Assembly: GCA_965216755.1 (NCBI GenBank)
Contig: CBDCGL010000011.1
Span: forward strand, 3,104,001 to 3,168,000
Origin: Alphaproteobacteria bacterium
Lineage (GTDB): Bacteria > Pseudomonadota > Alphaproteobacteria > UBA7887
Reading direction: 5' to 3'
DNA: 64,000 nt
Shown: in pieces, positions 19,353 to 29,633 of the stretch
Position numbering within the stretch: position 1 is the stretch's first letter
Layout of the letters: each line of letters starts with the position of its first letter
Translations under genes and position numbers: made by a program
Notes under the pieces: generated by a model
Databases searched by the model: none
Told to the model about the DNA's origin: nothing
What the model saw: the letters and a program-made list of their open reading frames with translations, nothing else

Positions 19353-20048
19353 CTAAACTAGAGCCGCCAGCCAGCCGGTCAAGTCATCGGTGACATAGTC
19401 GACATGATCATGATTCACGTGCGGTTCCGAAACAGGCGCATGATCCCGGGCCGGCCGCACCCAAACCGTGGTCATCCCAAGCGCGGCGGCGGCGACCAGG
19501 TTGGCGGCGATGTCCTCAAACATCATCGCTCGCGGCCCCTCGATGGCGTGGCGGTCGACAAATCGGCGATAGGTGCGGTGGTCGGGCTTGGGCAGATAGT
19601 CGGCCGCGACGATATCGAAAACAGCGTCGAAATGATGGCCAACGCCGAGGCGATCCATGACCCGTTCGGCATGGTCGGTGGAGCCATTGGTAAAAACATA
19701 CTTCCGGCCCTGAAGTCGGCCGAGGATGTGGTCAAGGTCGGGCGACGGCGCCACCGGGGCCAGGTCGATATCATGGACGAAGTCCAGATAATCGTCCGGA
19801 TTGACGCCGTGATGCAGCATCAAGCCCCGCAAGGTCGTGCCGTGAGCGCGATAATAGTGCTTTTGCAGGCGAAAAGCGTCATCGGCGGCAAGCCCCAATC
19901 GACCACGGATAAATGCGCGCATGCGCTGGTCAATCTGGGCGAACAGGTCGCATTCAGCCGGGTAGAGAGTGTTGTCGAGGTCGAAGACCCAACTCTCGAC
20001 CGCCGCCGCAGATGGGGTCACAGCCTTGTTGCTCGACGGTTTGGTCAT
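19353..20048 (-). CDS. Pyrimidine 5'-nucleotidase (HAD superfamily)
   Basis: [33 protein letters not shown]. Confidence 0.92.
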   Translation of the reverse strand: MTKPSSNKAVTPSAAAVESWVFDLDNTLYPAECDLFAQIDQRMRAFIRGRLGLAADDAFRLQKHYYRAHGTTLRGLMLHHGVNPDDYLDFVHDIDLAPVAPSPDLDHILGRLQGRKYVFTNGSTDHAERVMDRLGVGHHFDAVFDIVAADYLPKPDHRTYRRFVDRHAIEGPRAMMFEDIAANLVAAAALGMTTVWVRPARDHAPVSEPHVNHDHVDYVTDDLTGWLAALV

Positions 20049-20170
20049 AGATCCATTCTAGCGTTTTGGTTTCGAAGTGCGAAGTCGCTGTGGCCCAGAG
20101 CAACCGTCCGGGCACCCTGGCGAACGCCCATGTTTAGGTAATCTTCATCGATTTTACCGACTGTTAAGGC

Positions 20171-21919
20171 GTGATGACGAACCCCCGAATGGCAGGCCTG
20201 CTGAACGGCGCGAGCGCGCGCACCAGTTATCGGGTCGATCCAACCGTTGTACTGAAATCGTTTCCCGGTCCGGTCCTGATCCTGGAGCCGGACGGAGATG
20301 TCGTCGCCGCGAACGATCATGCCGCCGACTTGCTGGCGGCCCTGCGCAACGGCGCCTTGGACGGGCTGCTCTTGGCGTGCCGCGAGATCGCCGAGGCTGA
20401 CAAGCCGCTGATCGACACCATTGAATTGCCGGCCGCGCTGGGCGGCGGCGCCTTCGACGTAACCGTCCTGCCGTTGGTCAATGGCGACGGCGTGGTTGGC
20501 GGTTTGTTGTTGCTGGCCCGAAACGTCACGCTCGACCGTAATCTGCGTCGCGCCCTGGTCGAATCGCGACAGCGCTATAAGGATATTGTCGAGTGTTCGG
20601 GCGACTTCGCCTGGGAACTCGATGCCGAGGGCCGCTTTGCCTTCGTGTCGCCGCGCGGCGCATTGGGCCATCAGCCCGAAGAACTGATCGGCCGTCATCC
20701 GCATGAATTTGATAGCGAGCCGGCCTCGGATTCGACCGAAACACCGTTTGTGGCGCACCAGGCCGTGGAACGCGAGACGATGTGGTTCCGCGCTGCCAAC
20801 GGCCACGTGGCATGTTTGGAAGTCTCGTCGGTGCCTCTGATCGACCGGCACGGACACTGGGCGGGGGCACGTGGCATCTGCCGCAATGTGACCCGCGAGC
20901 GCACCCAGCAAGAGGCACTACGCCGGGCGCGCGAACGCGACCGGGCCATGGCCAAGATTATCCGCGACGTACGCAAGGAAATCGATCTGGCTACCGTTTT
21001 ACGCGAAGCAACCCGCGCCACCGGCCTGGCGCTTGATGGCGATGCTTGTTGGGTCTTCCTGGCCGATCGCGCCCCGGATCATCCGGCGGCACGCTGGCCC
21101 GCCGATGCGCCGGCACCGCCGGCGGCCGCGTGCGCCATGATCGAGAAGCTTGTGTCGGCGAGTCCCAATGATTCGGCGGTCACGGTGGAAACACTCTTAC
21201 TTGCCGCCAGTTTCGACGCGCAGCGCACGACCGCGGTGATTGCCATTGACCGGGACAACGGTGATGATGGCCATCGCCGATGGAATAGCGACGAACGGCT
21301 CTTGTTGACCGGCGTCGCCAATCAATTGGGCGTGGCCATCGAACAGGCGACGATCCACGAACAGCTACAAACCCTGTCGCGCACGGACGGCCTAACCGGC
21401 GTGCTGAACCGACGCGCCTTTCTGGACGAGACCGGACGCCGATTGCAACATGCCCGCCGCCACAAGCGGCCGGCGACGTTGTTGTTTATTGACTTGAACA
21501 ACTTTAAGGCGATCAACGACATTCTCGGCCATAAGCGTGGCGATGAGGCAATCGTCGCGGTCGCCGAACTGATCCAAAAGACCAGTCGGGCGAGCGATAT
21601 CCTGGCGCGGGTTGGTGGTGACGAGTTCGCCTTGTGGCTGGAGGAAACCGGCGCCGACGGGGCCCAAGTCAAGGTGCGCGCCTTGGTCAACGCCAGCGCC
21701 GAACTGACGCGGTTGTCGGCGTCGGACGATAAGCCGTTCGGGATGTCGATCGGCATCGCCGTGCTCGATCCCGAACATGACGAGACATTGGAATCCCTGA
21801 TGGATCGCGCCGACATGGCCATGTACGCGGCGAAACGTGATCGCACGCAGACGCGCTTCGCCGAGCTGCAAGTCGGCGAAACCCGCCCGCAAATAGAAAC
21901 TGATCGGGTGGACTCATGA
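20171..21919 (+). CDS. PAS-PAS-GAF diguanylate cyclase
   Basis: WELDAEGRF PAS domain, GAF domain, RTDGLTGVLNRR, DLNNFKAIND..GH..GD, RxxD I-site (RASD) and intact GGDEF. Confidence 0.93.
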   Translation: MMTNPRMAGLLNGASARTSYRVDPTVVLKSFPGPVLILEPDGDVVAANDHAADLLAALRNGALDGLLLACREIAEADKPLIDTIELPAALGGGAFDVTVLPLVNGDGVVGGLLLLARNVTLDRNLRRALVESRQRYKDIVECSGDFAWELDAEGRFAFVSPRGALGHQPEELIGRHPHEFDSEPASDSTETPFVAHQAVERETMWFRAANGHVACLEVSSVPLIDRHGHWAGARGICRNVTRERTQQEALRRARERDRAMAKIIRDVRKEIDLATVLREATRATGLALDGDACWVFLADRAPDHPAARWPADAPAPPAAACAMIEKLVSASPNDSAVTVETLLLAASFDAQRTTAVIAIDRDNGDDGHRRWNSDERLLLTGVANQLGVAIEQATIHEQLQTLSRTDGLTGVLNRRAFLDETGRRLQHARRHKRPATLLFIDLNNFKAINDILGHKRGDEAIVAVAELIQKTSRASDILARVGGDEFALWLEETGADGAQVKVRALVNASAELTRLSASDDKPFGMSIGIAVLDPEHDETLESLMDRADMAMYAAKRDRTQTRFAELQVGETRPQIETDRVDS

Positions 21920-23157
21920 AGCGTTTCGCGTCGCGCGTGCGCGCTTTTTTTGAGCGCGAGGTGGACTATGACAAATCGAAAAAAGTGGCCCGCCATGGCG
22001 ATACCTCGCAACGCCGCGACATTGCCGCGCGCCAGGACGTAGCGCCAGAGATTCTCTACTACCTGGCTGAGGATCCCGACCCAGAGGTCCGGCGCCTGAT
22101 CGCAGCCAATTCAGCGACGCCGCCCCATGCCGATGTGTTGCTGACACGCGATATCAACGATGATGTGCGCGTCGACTTGGCCCGCAAAATCGGCCGCCTG
22201 GCCCCGGATCTGCCCCTTGAGGCGCGCGACGCCCTGCAGTCGCTGACGTATGACGCGTTGGAGGCGCTGGCCAGCGATACGCTTCCCCGTGTGCGGCAAA
22301 TCATTGCCGAGGAAATTAAAAAGCTCGACAATTTGCCGCGCAGTTTGACGGTTATGCTGGCCCGCGATGTCGAACTGATGGTCGCCGCGCCAATCTTGGA
22401 ATACTCGCCATTGCTGCGCGACGAAGACCTGCTTGAAATCATCAACAGTGAGCCGATCCAAGGTGCGCTCAAGGCGATATCCGGGCGTCACGGGTTGAGC
22501 GAAACGGTGAGTGCGGCGATCGGCAACAGTGACGATGAAATGGCGATCGCGGCGTTGCTGGCCAACCAAAGCGCACAGATCAGCGAAGAGACCCTGGACT
22601 GCTTGATCGATCGTGCGCACGATCACGAATCGTGGCACGAACCGCTGGTGTTGCGACCGCATCTGTCTGAGCGCGCCTTCAAACACATTTCGCGATTCGT
22701 CACCGCATCGTTGCTTGCGGTTTTGGAAGAACGTCATGGCTTGGCTGCCGGCCTGTCGCAGGAGATGGCGCGCCGCGTCGATGAACGGCTTGAAACGCCT
22801 GGTGCCAACGACAGCCCGCAAGAGCAAGCCGCGGCCCTCGACGCCGCGGGCCAGCTCACCGAACAGCTTATTCTGGAACGACTGGCCTTGCCGGGCGAGA
22901 AAGAGTTCGTGATTCATGCGTTGGCGCGCCGCGCCGCGTTAGACCCGCAGATGGTGCAAAGAGTGATGGATACCGCGAGCGCCAAATCGGTCACGGCGCT
23001 GACCTGGAAGGCGGGCCTAAGTATGCGCGCAGCCATGGATTTCCAGCGTAAGCTGGCGCACATCGATTCGAAATCCTTGCTGTATGCCCGCGACGGGGTC
23101 GATTACCCGATGGACGAAGAAGAACTGAACTGGCGGTTGGATATGATCGCCGGTTGA
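21916..23157 (+). CDS. DUF2336-family helical-repeat protein
   Basis: PEILYYLAED....VRR.IAAN repeats, LARD..VAAPILEYSPLL.DEDL, LLANQSAQI; ATGA overlap with the DGC. Confidence 0.85.
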   Translation: MKRFASRVRAFFEREVDYDKSKKVARHGDTSQRRDIAARQDVAPEILYYLAEDPDPEVRRLIAANSATPPHADVLLTRDINDDVRVDLARKIGRLAPDLPLEARDALQSLTYDALEALASDTLPRVRQIIAEEIKKLDNLPRSLTVMLARDVELMVAAPILEYSPLLRDEDLLEIINSEPIQGALKAISGRHGLSETVSAAIGNSDDEMAIAALLANQSAQISEETLDCLIDRAHDHESWHEPLVLRPHLSERAFKHISRFVTASLLAVLEERHGLAAGLSQEMARRVDERLETPGANDSPQEQAAALDAAGQLTEQLILERLALPGEKEFVIHALARRAALDPQMVQRVMDTASAKSVTALTWKAGLSMRAAMDFQRKLAHIDSKSLLYARDGVDYPMDEEELNWRLDMIAG

Positions 23158-23174
23158 GACACCCGCTATTTGTT

Positions 23175-23260
23175 TCGGTGACAGTTTACTAAATACACCA
23201 AATATTGTGTAATCTTCGAATAGCGCACAACATTTGGTGTATTTAGTAAACTGTCACCGA
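23175..23260. repeat. 86-bp palindromic REPIN/MITE-like element, copy 2
   Basis: Arms 23174-23209 and 23226-23261 are complementary at 35 of 36 positions and share their outer 21 bp with copy 1. Confidence 0.9.
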
Positions 23261-23268
23261 AGCCAGAG

Positions 23269-24177
23269 CTAGCCGTCGACGATCATGGTCCCAACACCAT
23301 GTTCGGTGAAGATTTCCAACAGCAGCACATGCGGCACACGGCCGTCTAGAATATGCGCCGCATCGGTATGGGCGGCGACCGCCCGCAAGCAGGTTTCAAC
23401 TTTCGGCACCATACCGCCGGTGATCGTGCCCTGACGAATACCGGTTACGGCTTCCGCCCGGCTCAACTCATTGATCAGCGCCCCGTCGGTGTCGAGCACC
23501 CCGGCAACGTCCGTCAACATCAAGAGCTTGGCCGCATGCAGTGCACCGGCCACCGCGCCAGCGGCGGTGTCCGCGTTCACGTTATAGGTCTCGCCGTCGG
23601 CGCCAATCGCGATCGGCGCGACCACCGGGATCATGCCGCCATCGATCAGTCGGGTCAGGATGGTGGTGTTGACCTGCACGGGTTCGCCGACAAATCCCAA
23701 ATCGACGACCTTTGCCGGGTTATTTGACGATCGGCGCGATTGATGGGCCAGGCGCTTGGCGACGATCAAATCGCCGTCCTTGCCACAAATGCCAATGGCG
23801 CAGCCACCGGCATGACTGATAGCTCCGGCGATTCGTTTGTTGATCGACCCGGCCAGTACCATTTCGACGACTTCGACCGTCGCCGCGTCGGTCACCCTGA
23901 GACCGTCGACAAACTCGCTTTCGATATTCAACCGCGCCAGCATTTCGCCGATCTGTGGGCCACCGCCATGAACGACAATCGGGTGAATACCGACCTGGCG
24001 CAGCAACACGATATCGCGCGCGAATTGGTGAAACAGGGTGTCGTCGACCATGGCATTGCCGCCAAATTTGACGACGAAAGTCTTGCCCGAAAAGCGCCGC
24101 ATATAGGGCAGCGCCTCTGACAATGTCGCGGCCGTGCGAAGTTGCTCGGCGATCGCTATTTCCGCGCTTTTTTGCAT
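23269..24177 (-). CDS. argB: Acetylglutamate kinase
   Basis: VVKFGGNAM, VHGGGPQI, GLRVTD, YNVNADTAA, GGMVPK. Confidence 0.97.
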   Translation of the reverse strand: MQKSAEIAIAEQLRTAATLSEALPYMRRFSGKTFVVKFGGNAMVDDTLFHQFARDIVLLRQVGIHPIVVHGGGPQIGEMLARLNIESEFVDGLRVTDAATVEVVEMVLAGSINKRIAGAISHAGGCAIGICGKDGDLIVAKRLAHQSRRSSNNPAKVVDLGFVGEPVQVNTTILTRLIDGGMIPVVAPIAIGADGETYNVNADTAAGAVAGALHAAKLLMLTDVAGVLDTDGALINELSRAEAVTGIRQGTITGGMVPKVETCLRAVAAHTDAAHILDGRVPHVLLLEIFTEHGVGTMIVDG

Positions 24178-24226
24178 GCTGTGACCCTTATACCAAAACC
24201 TGACGCAAACGGCCCATGGCGATCAA

Positions 24227-24877
24227 TCATGCCGATCGTGTCAATTCGGCAAGCGCCGCGCGGAGTTCGGCGATGCCGAGCCCATCCGTGGCGCTGGTCA
24301 CAAACACGTCGGGATACGCGGTTGGGTGGACCCGACTCTCTTCCGCGATCTGCACGCGCACGTCCTCGCGCGCTGTCGGCCGCAGCTTGTCGATCTTGGT
24401 CAAGATGATCTGGCACGACACCGCGGCACCGTCGAGCATATCCAAAAGGTCATGGTCACTTTGTTTGAGACCATGGCGTGAATCGACCAGCAGACACACG
24501 CGCCGCAAATTGGCCCGGCCACGCAAATAGTCGCGGGTCAGACGCTGCCAGGCTGCACTTTCGCTGCGTGACACCCGCGCATAGCCATAGCCGGGCAAAT
24601 CAACGATCATCAGCCGCCCGCCCAAGTCAAAGAAATTCAGCTGACGCGTGCGCCCGGGCGTGTTGGAAATACGCGCCAGCGTGCGCCGACCTGTCAATGC
24701 ATTGATCAGGCTCGACTTACCGACATTGGATCGGCCGGCGAACGCGACCTCCGGTAGCCCATCGTCAGGGATTTGGGCCAATTGCGCGGCGCCGATGACG
24801 AAGCGACACTCTTGCGCGAATAGCTTGCGCCCGGCTTCAAGGTCTGGCTGCGCCGACGTGGGGCCGCCCGCGGACAA
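24227..24877 (-). CDS. engB: Ribosome biogenesis GTPase YihA/EngB
   Basis: GRSNVGKSS, TPGRT, DLPGYG, TKID. Confidence 0.96.
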   Translation of the reverse strand: MSAGGPTSAQPDLEAGRKLFAQECRFVIGAAQLAQIPDDGLPEVAFAGRSNVGKSSLINALTGRRTLARISNTPGRTRQLNFFDLGGRLMIVDLPGYGYARVSRSESAAWQRLTRDYLRGRANLRRVCLLVDSRHGLKQSDHDLLDMLDGAAVSCQIILTKIDKLRPTAREDVRVQIAEESRVHPTAYPDVFVTSATDGLGIAELRAALAELTRSA

Positions 24878-24880
24878 TCT

Positions 24881-26650
24881 CTAGGCCTTGACGCCCATGC
24901 GGCGCATGATCACCCATTGCTGCAGGATCGACAGCACATTGTTCCAGCACCAATAAATCACCAGGCCAGCGGGGAAGCTGGCGAACAAAAAAGTGAAAAC
25001 AATGGGCAGGGCCATCATGATGCGCGCTTGCATGGGATCGGGCGGCGCCGGATTCAGCTTTTGTTGCAGCCACATGGTTAGGCCCATCAGCAGCGGCCAA
25101 ACGCCGATCATCAGGAAAACAGGTGGCGTAAACGGCAACAGTCCGAACAAGTTGAACAGACTCGTCGGGTCCGGCGCCGACAGATCTTGGATCCAACCAT
25201 AGAACGGCGCGTGGCGCATTTCGATGGTGACAAACAGGACTTTGTAAAGCGCGAAAAACACCGGGATCTGGATCAAAATCGGCAGACACCCAGACAACGG
25301 GTTGGCCTTTTCGCGCTTATACATCTCCATCATTTCTTGGTTCATGCGCTGGCGGTCGTCGCCAAATTTCTCGCGCAATTCCATCATCTGCGGCTGCAGC
25401 TTTTTGAGCTTGCTCATGGCCACGTAGGATTTGTTGGCCAATGGAAAAAACAGCAGCTTGATCAGTACCGTCAGCCCCAAGATCGCCAACCCAAAATTGC
25501 CCAACATCTCGTGCAAATAATGGATCACATAAAACAGGAACTTGGTTAGAAAGTAGAACCAGCCGAAATCAACCGCGAGGTCGAACTTCGCGATGCCCAG
25601 CGATTCCTCATAACGGTCGAGCAGCGAAACCTCTTTCGCACCGGCAAAGAAATAGTGGGTGACGCTTGCTTGGTCGCCCGGCGCGATGTCACGGCCACTC
25701 AACAACATATCGACCTGAAAACGGTCGCGACCGTCGGCCGTTATGGCGTGATTGAACCGCGCGGTCATGGCATCTTTTTGATCCGGTATCAACGCCGCCA
25801 ACCAGTATTTGTCGGTAATGCCAATCCAGCCGCCGGTGCTTTCCGCCGTAATCGTCGGCTGTTCGCGCAAGTCGTCATAGTCGACTTCTTCAAGTATCTC
25901 GTTGAAAACCCCCAGCGGCCCCTCATGCAAAATGAAAAAGCCGGATGTCTCCGGTTCATCGGCACGACTGACCAAGCCAAACGGATAAAGCGTCAGTGCC
26001 ACATCGCTATCGTTGCTGACCCGGTCGGTGATCGTGAACATGAAGGTGTCGTCGATTTCGATGCTTCGCTGGAAAGTCAGACCCGCCCCATTGTCCCATG
26101 TCAGGCGCAGCGGGTGGCCAGGCGACAGGGTGCCGCCATCGGCCTTCCAGACGGTGTCGGTATCGGGCAGCGCGACCGACACGCCGGGATCGGTCAGCCA
26201 GCCAAAATTAGCGTGATAGGGATGCGGTGCCTGGTTCGGCGACAGCAGCACGATGTTGGCACTGCCGGGATCGACATCTTCATGATAGTCGGCCAGAACC
26301 ACGTCATCGAACGGCGCGCCACGCAGCGCGATCGAACCCCGCACCCGTCCGGTGCCGCCGTCCGGCGCAATCGGCACGCGCGGCGTCAAAGCCAATGCAT
26401 CATCGCGTGTTGCCGGAATCGGCGCCGCCTGGCCGGCCTGCGGCACAACGGTCTCAGCCGACGAGGCTGGCGCATCGCTTGGCGGCCGCGTGCGCGGCGT
26501 CAATTCGCCGCTTTCAGACAGCTGTGTCGTTGCTTGTTCGTCGGGCGGCGCCTGCCGTTCCTCCATCGGGACGCCAAACCAAAACTGAAATGCCAGCAAG
26601 ATGCCGACCGACACGACAATCGCCAAAATCAGATTACGTTGGTCTTGCAT
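24881..26650 (-). CDS. yidC: Membrane protein insertase YidC
   Basis: MQDQRNLILAI, DFGWFYF, GNFGLAI, GCLP.LIQIPVFFALY, GLVIYW. Confidence 0.97.
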   Translation of the reverse strand: MQDQRNLILAIVVSVGILLAFQFWFGVPMEERQAPPDEQATTQLSESGELTPRTRPPSDAPASSAETVVPQAGQAAPIPATRDDALALTPRVPIAPDGGTGRVRGSIALRGAPFDDVVLADYHEDVDPGSANIVLLSPNQAPHPYHANFGWLTDPGVSVALPDTDTVWKADGGTLSPGHPLRLTWDNGAGLTFQRSIEIDDTFMFTITDRVSNDSDVALTLYPFGLVSRADEPETSGFFILHEGPLGVFNEILEEVDYDDLREQPTITAESTGGWIGITDKYWLAALIPDQKDAMTARFNHAITADGRDRFQVDMLLSGRDIAPGDQASVTHYFFAGAKEVSLLDRYEESLGIAKFDLAVDFGWFYFLTKFLFYVIHYLHEMLGNFGLAILGLTVLIKLLFFPLANKSYVAMSKLKKLQPQMMELREKFGDDRQRMNQEMMEMYKREKANPLSGCLPILIQIPVFFALYKVLFVTIEMRHAPFYGWIQDLSAPDPTSLFNLFGLLPFTPPVFLMIGVWPLLMGLTMWLQQKLNPAPPDPMQARIMMALPIVFTFLFASFPAGLVIYWCWNNVLSILQQWVIMRRMGVKA

Positions 26651-26661
26651 GGATCACGCGA

Positions 26662-26928
26662 TTAAATGGAGGTTTGCCCAGACTTGCAGTGCGATCGGTC
26701 GACAGGCGGATCGGGCACCGGATCATAGCCACAGCCGCCCCACGGATGACAGCGCGAGATACGGCGCGCGATCAAGGTGCAACCGCGCGCGGCACCGTGC
26801 CGCCGCAACGCGTCGAGTGCATATTCCGAACAACTTGGATGAAACCGGCACGATGGCGGCAACCACGGCCGCACAGCCAACCGATAGATCCAAACCAGCA
26901 ATCGGAGCAAACGCGCGGTTAACGACAT
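26662..26928 (-). CDS. yidD: Membrane protein insertion efficiency factor YidD
   Basis: CRFHPSCSEYA...RCHPW..GYDPVP. Confidence 0.95.
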   Translation of the reverse strand: MSLTARLLRLLVWIYRLAVRPWLPPSCRFHPSCSEYALDALRRHGAARGCTLIARRISRCHPWGGCGYDPVPDPPVDRSHCKSGQTSI

Positions 26929-26934
26929 CGATCG

Positions 26935-27357
26935 TTACGATTTTTTTGTTTCAGTGCGTTTGCGGTCACCCGCTTTGGCACGGCGCTCCGGATCGTTTGG
27001 ATCGCCGGGCCGGGCCATTGCGGCCAACCCGCCGACCTTCGCCAAAGCGGCAAGAAAATCGGCCGCGAGAGCAGCGCGGGGTCGGCTGACGGTTGCGGCG
27101 CGGGCGATCATGACATAATCCAAATCCACCCGTGCATAGCGCGGCAAGATCTCGTCTGCAAGGGCGCGCAACCGACGCCGCGCCCGGTTTCTGACCACCG
27201 CCGGTCCAATCTTTCGGGTTGCGGTAAAACCGACTCGCGCCGCGTCGCGCACTCTGTCGACAGCCGGAGCCGCCTGCAGGACCATGCCCGGCGTCGCCCA
27301 TTTGCGTCCGCGCCTGGCGACATAAAGGAAATCGGCGCGCCGCTTCAATCGCGGCAC
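26935..27357 (-). CDS. rnpA: Ribonuclease P protein component
   Basis: RLKRRADF, RVGFTATRKIG.AVVRNRARRRLR; GTG start at 27357 inferred. Confidence 0.93.
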   Translation of the reverse strand: MPRLKRRADFLYVARRGRKWATPGMVLQAAPAVDRVRDAARVGFTATRKIGPAVVRNRARRRLRALADEILPRYARVDLDYVMIARAATVSRPRAALAADFLAALAKVGGLAAMARPGDPNDPERRAKAGDRKRTETKKS

Positions 27358-27373
27358 CGCATGGCCCACAAGC

Positions 27374-27508
27374 CTAAGCCGATAGTCGTTTGCGCCCCCT
27401 GGCGCGACGGCGTGCAAGAACACGTCGTCCGCCGACGGTCGCCATGCGTGCGCGAAAGCCATGCCGACGCTTTCGCACCAAGACGCTGGGTTGATATGTA
27501 CGTTTCAT
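27374..27508 (-). CDS. rpmH: 50S ribosomal protein L34 (not in the supplied ORF track)
   Basis: My translation: [44 protein letters not shown], 44 aa. Confidence 0.98.
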   Translation of the reverse strand: MKRTYQPSVLVRKRRHGFRARMATVGGRRVLARRRARGRKRLSA

Positions 27509-27570
27509 TGGAACAAAAGCCTCACGGAATACCGCGCCCCCACGCCCGCCATGCGACGGAGGCGCCGCGC

Positions 27571-27599
27571 TGTATACGAGTTGTACTGCGCGAAGTCAA
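27571..27599 (-). promoter_or_regulatory. Sigma70-type promoter of the rpmH operon
   Basis: TTGACT-N17-TATACA on the minus strand, ~60 bp upstream of rpmH. Confidence 0.65.
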
Positions 27600-27824
27600 A
27601 TGGCGCCAGCCTGAACCTTTTGAGCTAAGTTCTTGTCGGCACGCTATTGTCGGTCGCGCGCTGGCGATGTTGTGAATGGCCTTTTTGGCGGGACAGCTGT
27701 TACCGTCTCCCATATAAGAAACGATTGTGATTTGCGACGATGAAATGCGGCTTAGATTGGGGTCGTCGCAAACATCAGGGTGGAGCGAGGGAGTGGCCCG
27801 CCCGGGCCGTAAAGGCGAGATGAG

Positions 27825-28664
27825 ATGATGATGCCTCGGTGGATCATCGCGGCGGGAATTGGCGTCGTCCTGGCCGGTTGCGAAACGGTACCGCCGCGAC
27901 CGGCCGAAGAACTTGATCCGCGCGGTCTGTGGTTTACCCACGATGCCAAGTCAACCGAAACGATCGACCATGGGCCGTGGCAGCATTTTCTTGAGACCTA
28001 TGCAGAAATCGACGATCAAGCCGTGACCCGCATCGCCTACGAAGACGTGACGCGTCAGGACAAGAAAGCCCTTGCCGCGTATTTGGACTTTCTGAATTCG
28101 ATCAGAATTGCCGACTATAACCGCGATGAACAGATCGCGTTTTGGATGAACTTGTACAATGCCGCGATTGCCCATTTGGTGTTGGACCACTGGCCGGTGG
28201 ACTCGATCCTGCAAATCCGTGGTCCGGGCGTCAATGTCGTTGGTCCGTGGCTTGAAAACGTCGCACGGATCGAAGGCAAATCGGTGAGCTTCAATGATAT
28301 CGAGCACCACATATTGCGACCGGCTTTCGGTGACATGGGACCGCCGATCCACTATGGCGTCAATTGCGCCTCGATCGGATGTCCGACTTTGGCGGTGGAC
28401 GCCCATACCGGTACGAACTGGCGTGATAATTTGGAAGAATCGGCGCGCCTCTACGTAAATTCACCGCAAGGCGTAACCATCGAAGATGACGAACTCTTCG
28501 TTTCCAAGGTCTACTTCAGTTGGTTTATCGATGATTTCGGCGGCACCGACGAAGCCGTCATCGAGCATTTGATGTCCTATGCCGAACCGGAACTCGCAGA
28601 GCAATTGTCCGCGTTCGACACCATCACCAGCGATTACTACGACTGGCGCATCAACAAGCGATAG
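27825..28664 (+). CDS. DUF547-domain lipoprotein
   Basis: Lipobox LAGC; AFWMNLYNA, IEHHILRP, IHYGVNCASIGCP. Confidence 0.9.
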   Translation: MMMPRWIIAAGIGVVLAGCETVPPRPAEELDPRGLWFTHDAKSTETIDHGPWQHFLETYAEIDDQAVTRIAYEDVTRQDKKALAAYLDFLNSIRIADYNRDEQIAFWMNLYNAAIAHLVLDHWPVDSILQIRGPGVNVVGPWLENVARIEGKSVSFNDIEHHILRPAFGDMGPPIHYGVNCASIGCPTLAVDAHTGTNWRDNLEESARLYVNSPQGVTIEDDELFVSKVYFSWFIDDFGGTDEAVIEHLMSYAEPELAEQLSAFDTITSDYYDWRINKR

Positions 28665-28754
28665 CAACTGCCGTGCCATCAGCCATCCCCTTCGTGACGC
28701 GCGCCGAACGCCAAGTTGCGCGGCGGCCGGATCGGACATGGGGGAACGAACAAA

Positions 28755-29495
28755 ATGGTCAGTAACGACGACCCGCAAACCAATGTCTCGGCCCTGCGGC
28801 GCTGGTTGCCGCTGGTTATCTTGGCCGCCGCCATTGGCGTCGTCTTTGCGCTCGGCCTGCATAGCTATTTGAACTTCGAGACCCTGCGCGACAATCGCGC
28901 GCTGCTGCTCGATTGGGTCGGCCGCTACGGCGTGCTGGCCGGGCTTGTCTATATTTTGATCTATGCGGCCGTGGTCGCGATGTCCCTACCCGGCGCGGTG
29001 TTCATGACGCTGGCCGGCGGCTTCATGTTCGGCGCGGTCGCAGCGACCGCCTATACGGTCATCGGGGCGACCGCCGGCGCGACCCTGTTGTTTGTCATCG
29101 CCAAAACCACCTTGGGCGAGAGTCTGCGCCAGCGGGCCGGGCGTGCGGTGCGTAAAATGGAACAAGGGTTCAAACGCAATGCGTTTAACTATTTGTTGGT
29201 GTTGCGGTTGGTGCCGATTTTTCCGTTTTGGCTGGTCAACCTTGTGCCGGCCTTGTTGGGCGTGCCTTTGGCGACATTTGTCATCGCGACACTGATTGGC
29301 ATCATTCCGGGCACCTTCGTGTTTTGCCTGGCCGGCGCCGGTTTGGGCAGCGTATTCGACTCGGGCGAATCGTTTTCTTTGCGAAGCGTACTGACACCTG
29401 AGCTAATTGCCGCGTTGATCGGTCTCGCGCTGCTCGCATTGCTGCCCGTGGTCTATCGTCATTTTCGCGGCAACACACAGCAATCTAACGATTAA
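28755..29495 (+). CDS. TVP38/TMEM64 (DedA/VTT) membrane protein
   Basis: SLPGA..TLAGG..FG, YLLVLRLVPIFPFWLVNL, GIIPGTFV. Confidence 0.92.
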   Translation: MVSNDDPQTNVSALRRWLPLVILAAAIGVVFALGLHSYLNFETLRDNRALLLDWVGRYGVLAGLVYILIYAAVVAMSLPGAVFMTLAGGFMFGAVAATAYTVIGATAGATLLFVIAKTTLGESLRQRAGRAVRKMEQGFKRNAFNYLLVLRLVPIFPFWLVNLVPALLGVPLATFVIATLIGIIPGTFVFCLAGAGLGSVFDSGESFSLRSVLTPELIAALIGLALLALLPVVYRHFRGNTQQSND

Positions 29496-29633
29496 CAGCA
29501 CTGCCGTTTAATCGCATCGTGGAAATGCGCTGCGCACGGCTGGTCGCGTCACGCAATTTTAACTACATTGGCAGATGATGTTTCACTCTCAGAACGATCG
29601 ATTCCAAGAGCTGGCGGCCAAAATAGATTCGTC

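Noticed and set aside
7156-23260. The two repeat copies as CRISPR repeats or as ends of one 16-kb composite transposon
   Set aside because: Each copy is a self-contained inverted pair. There is no array, cas gene or transposase, and the enclosed genes are core (hemC, tsaD, dapD).
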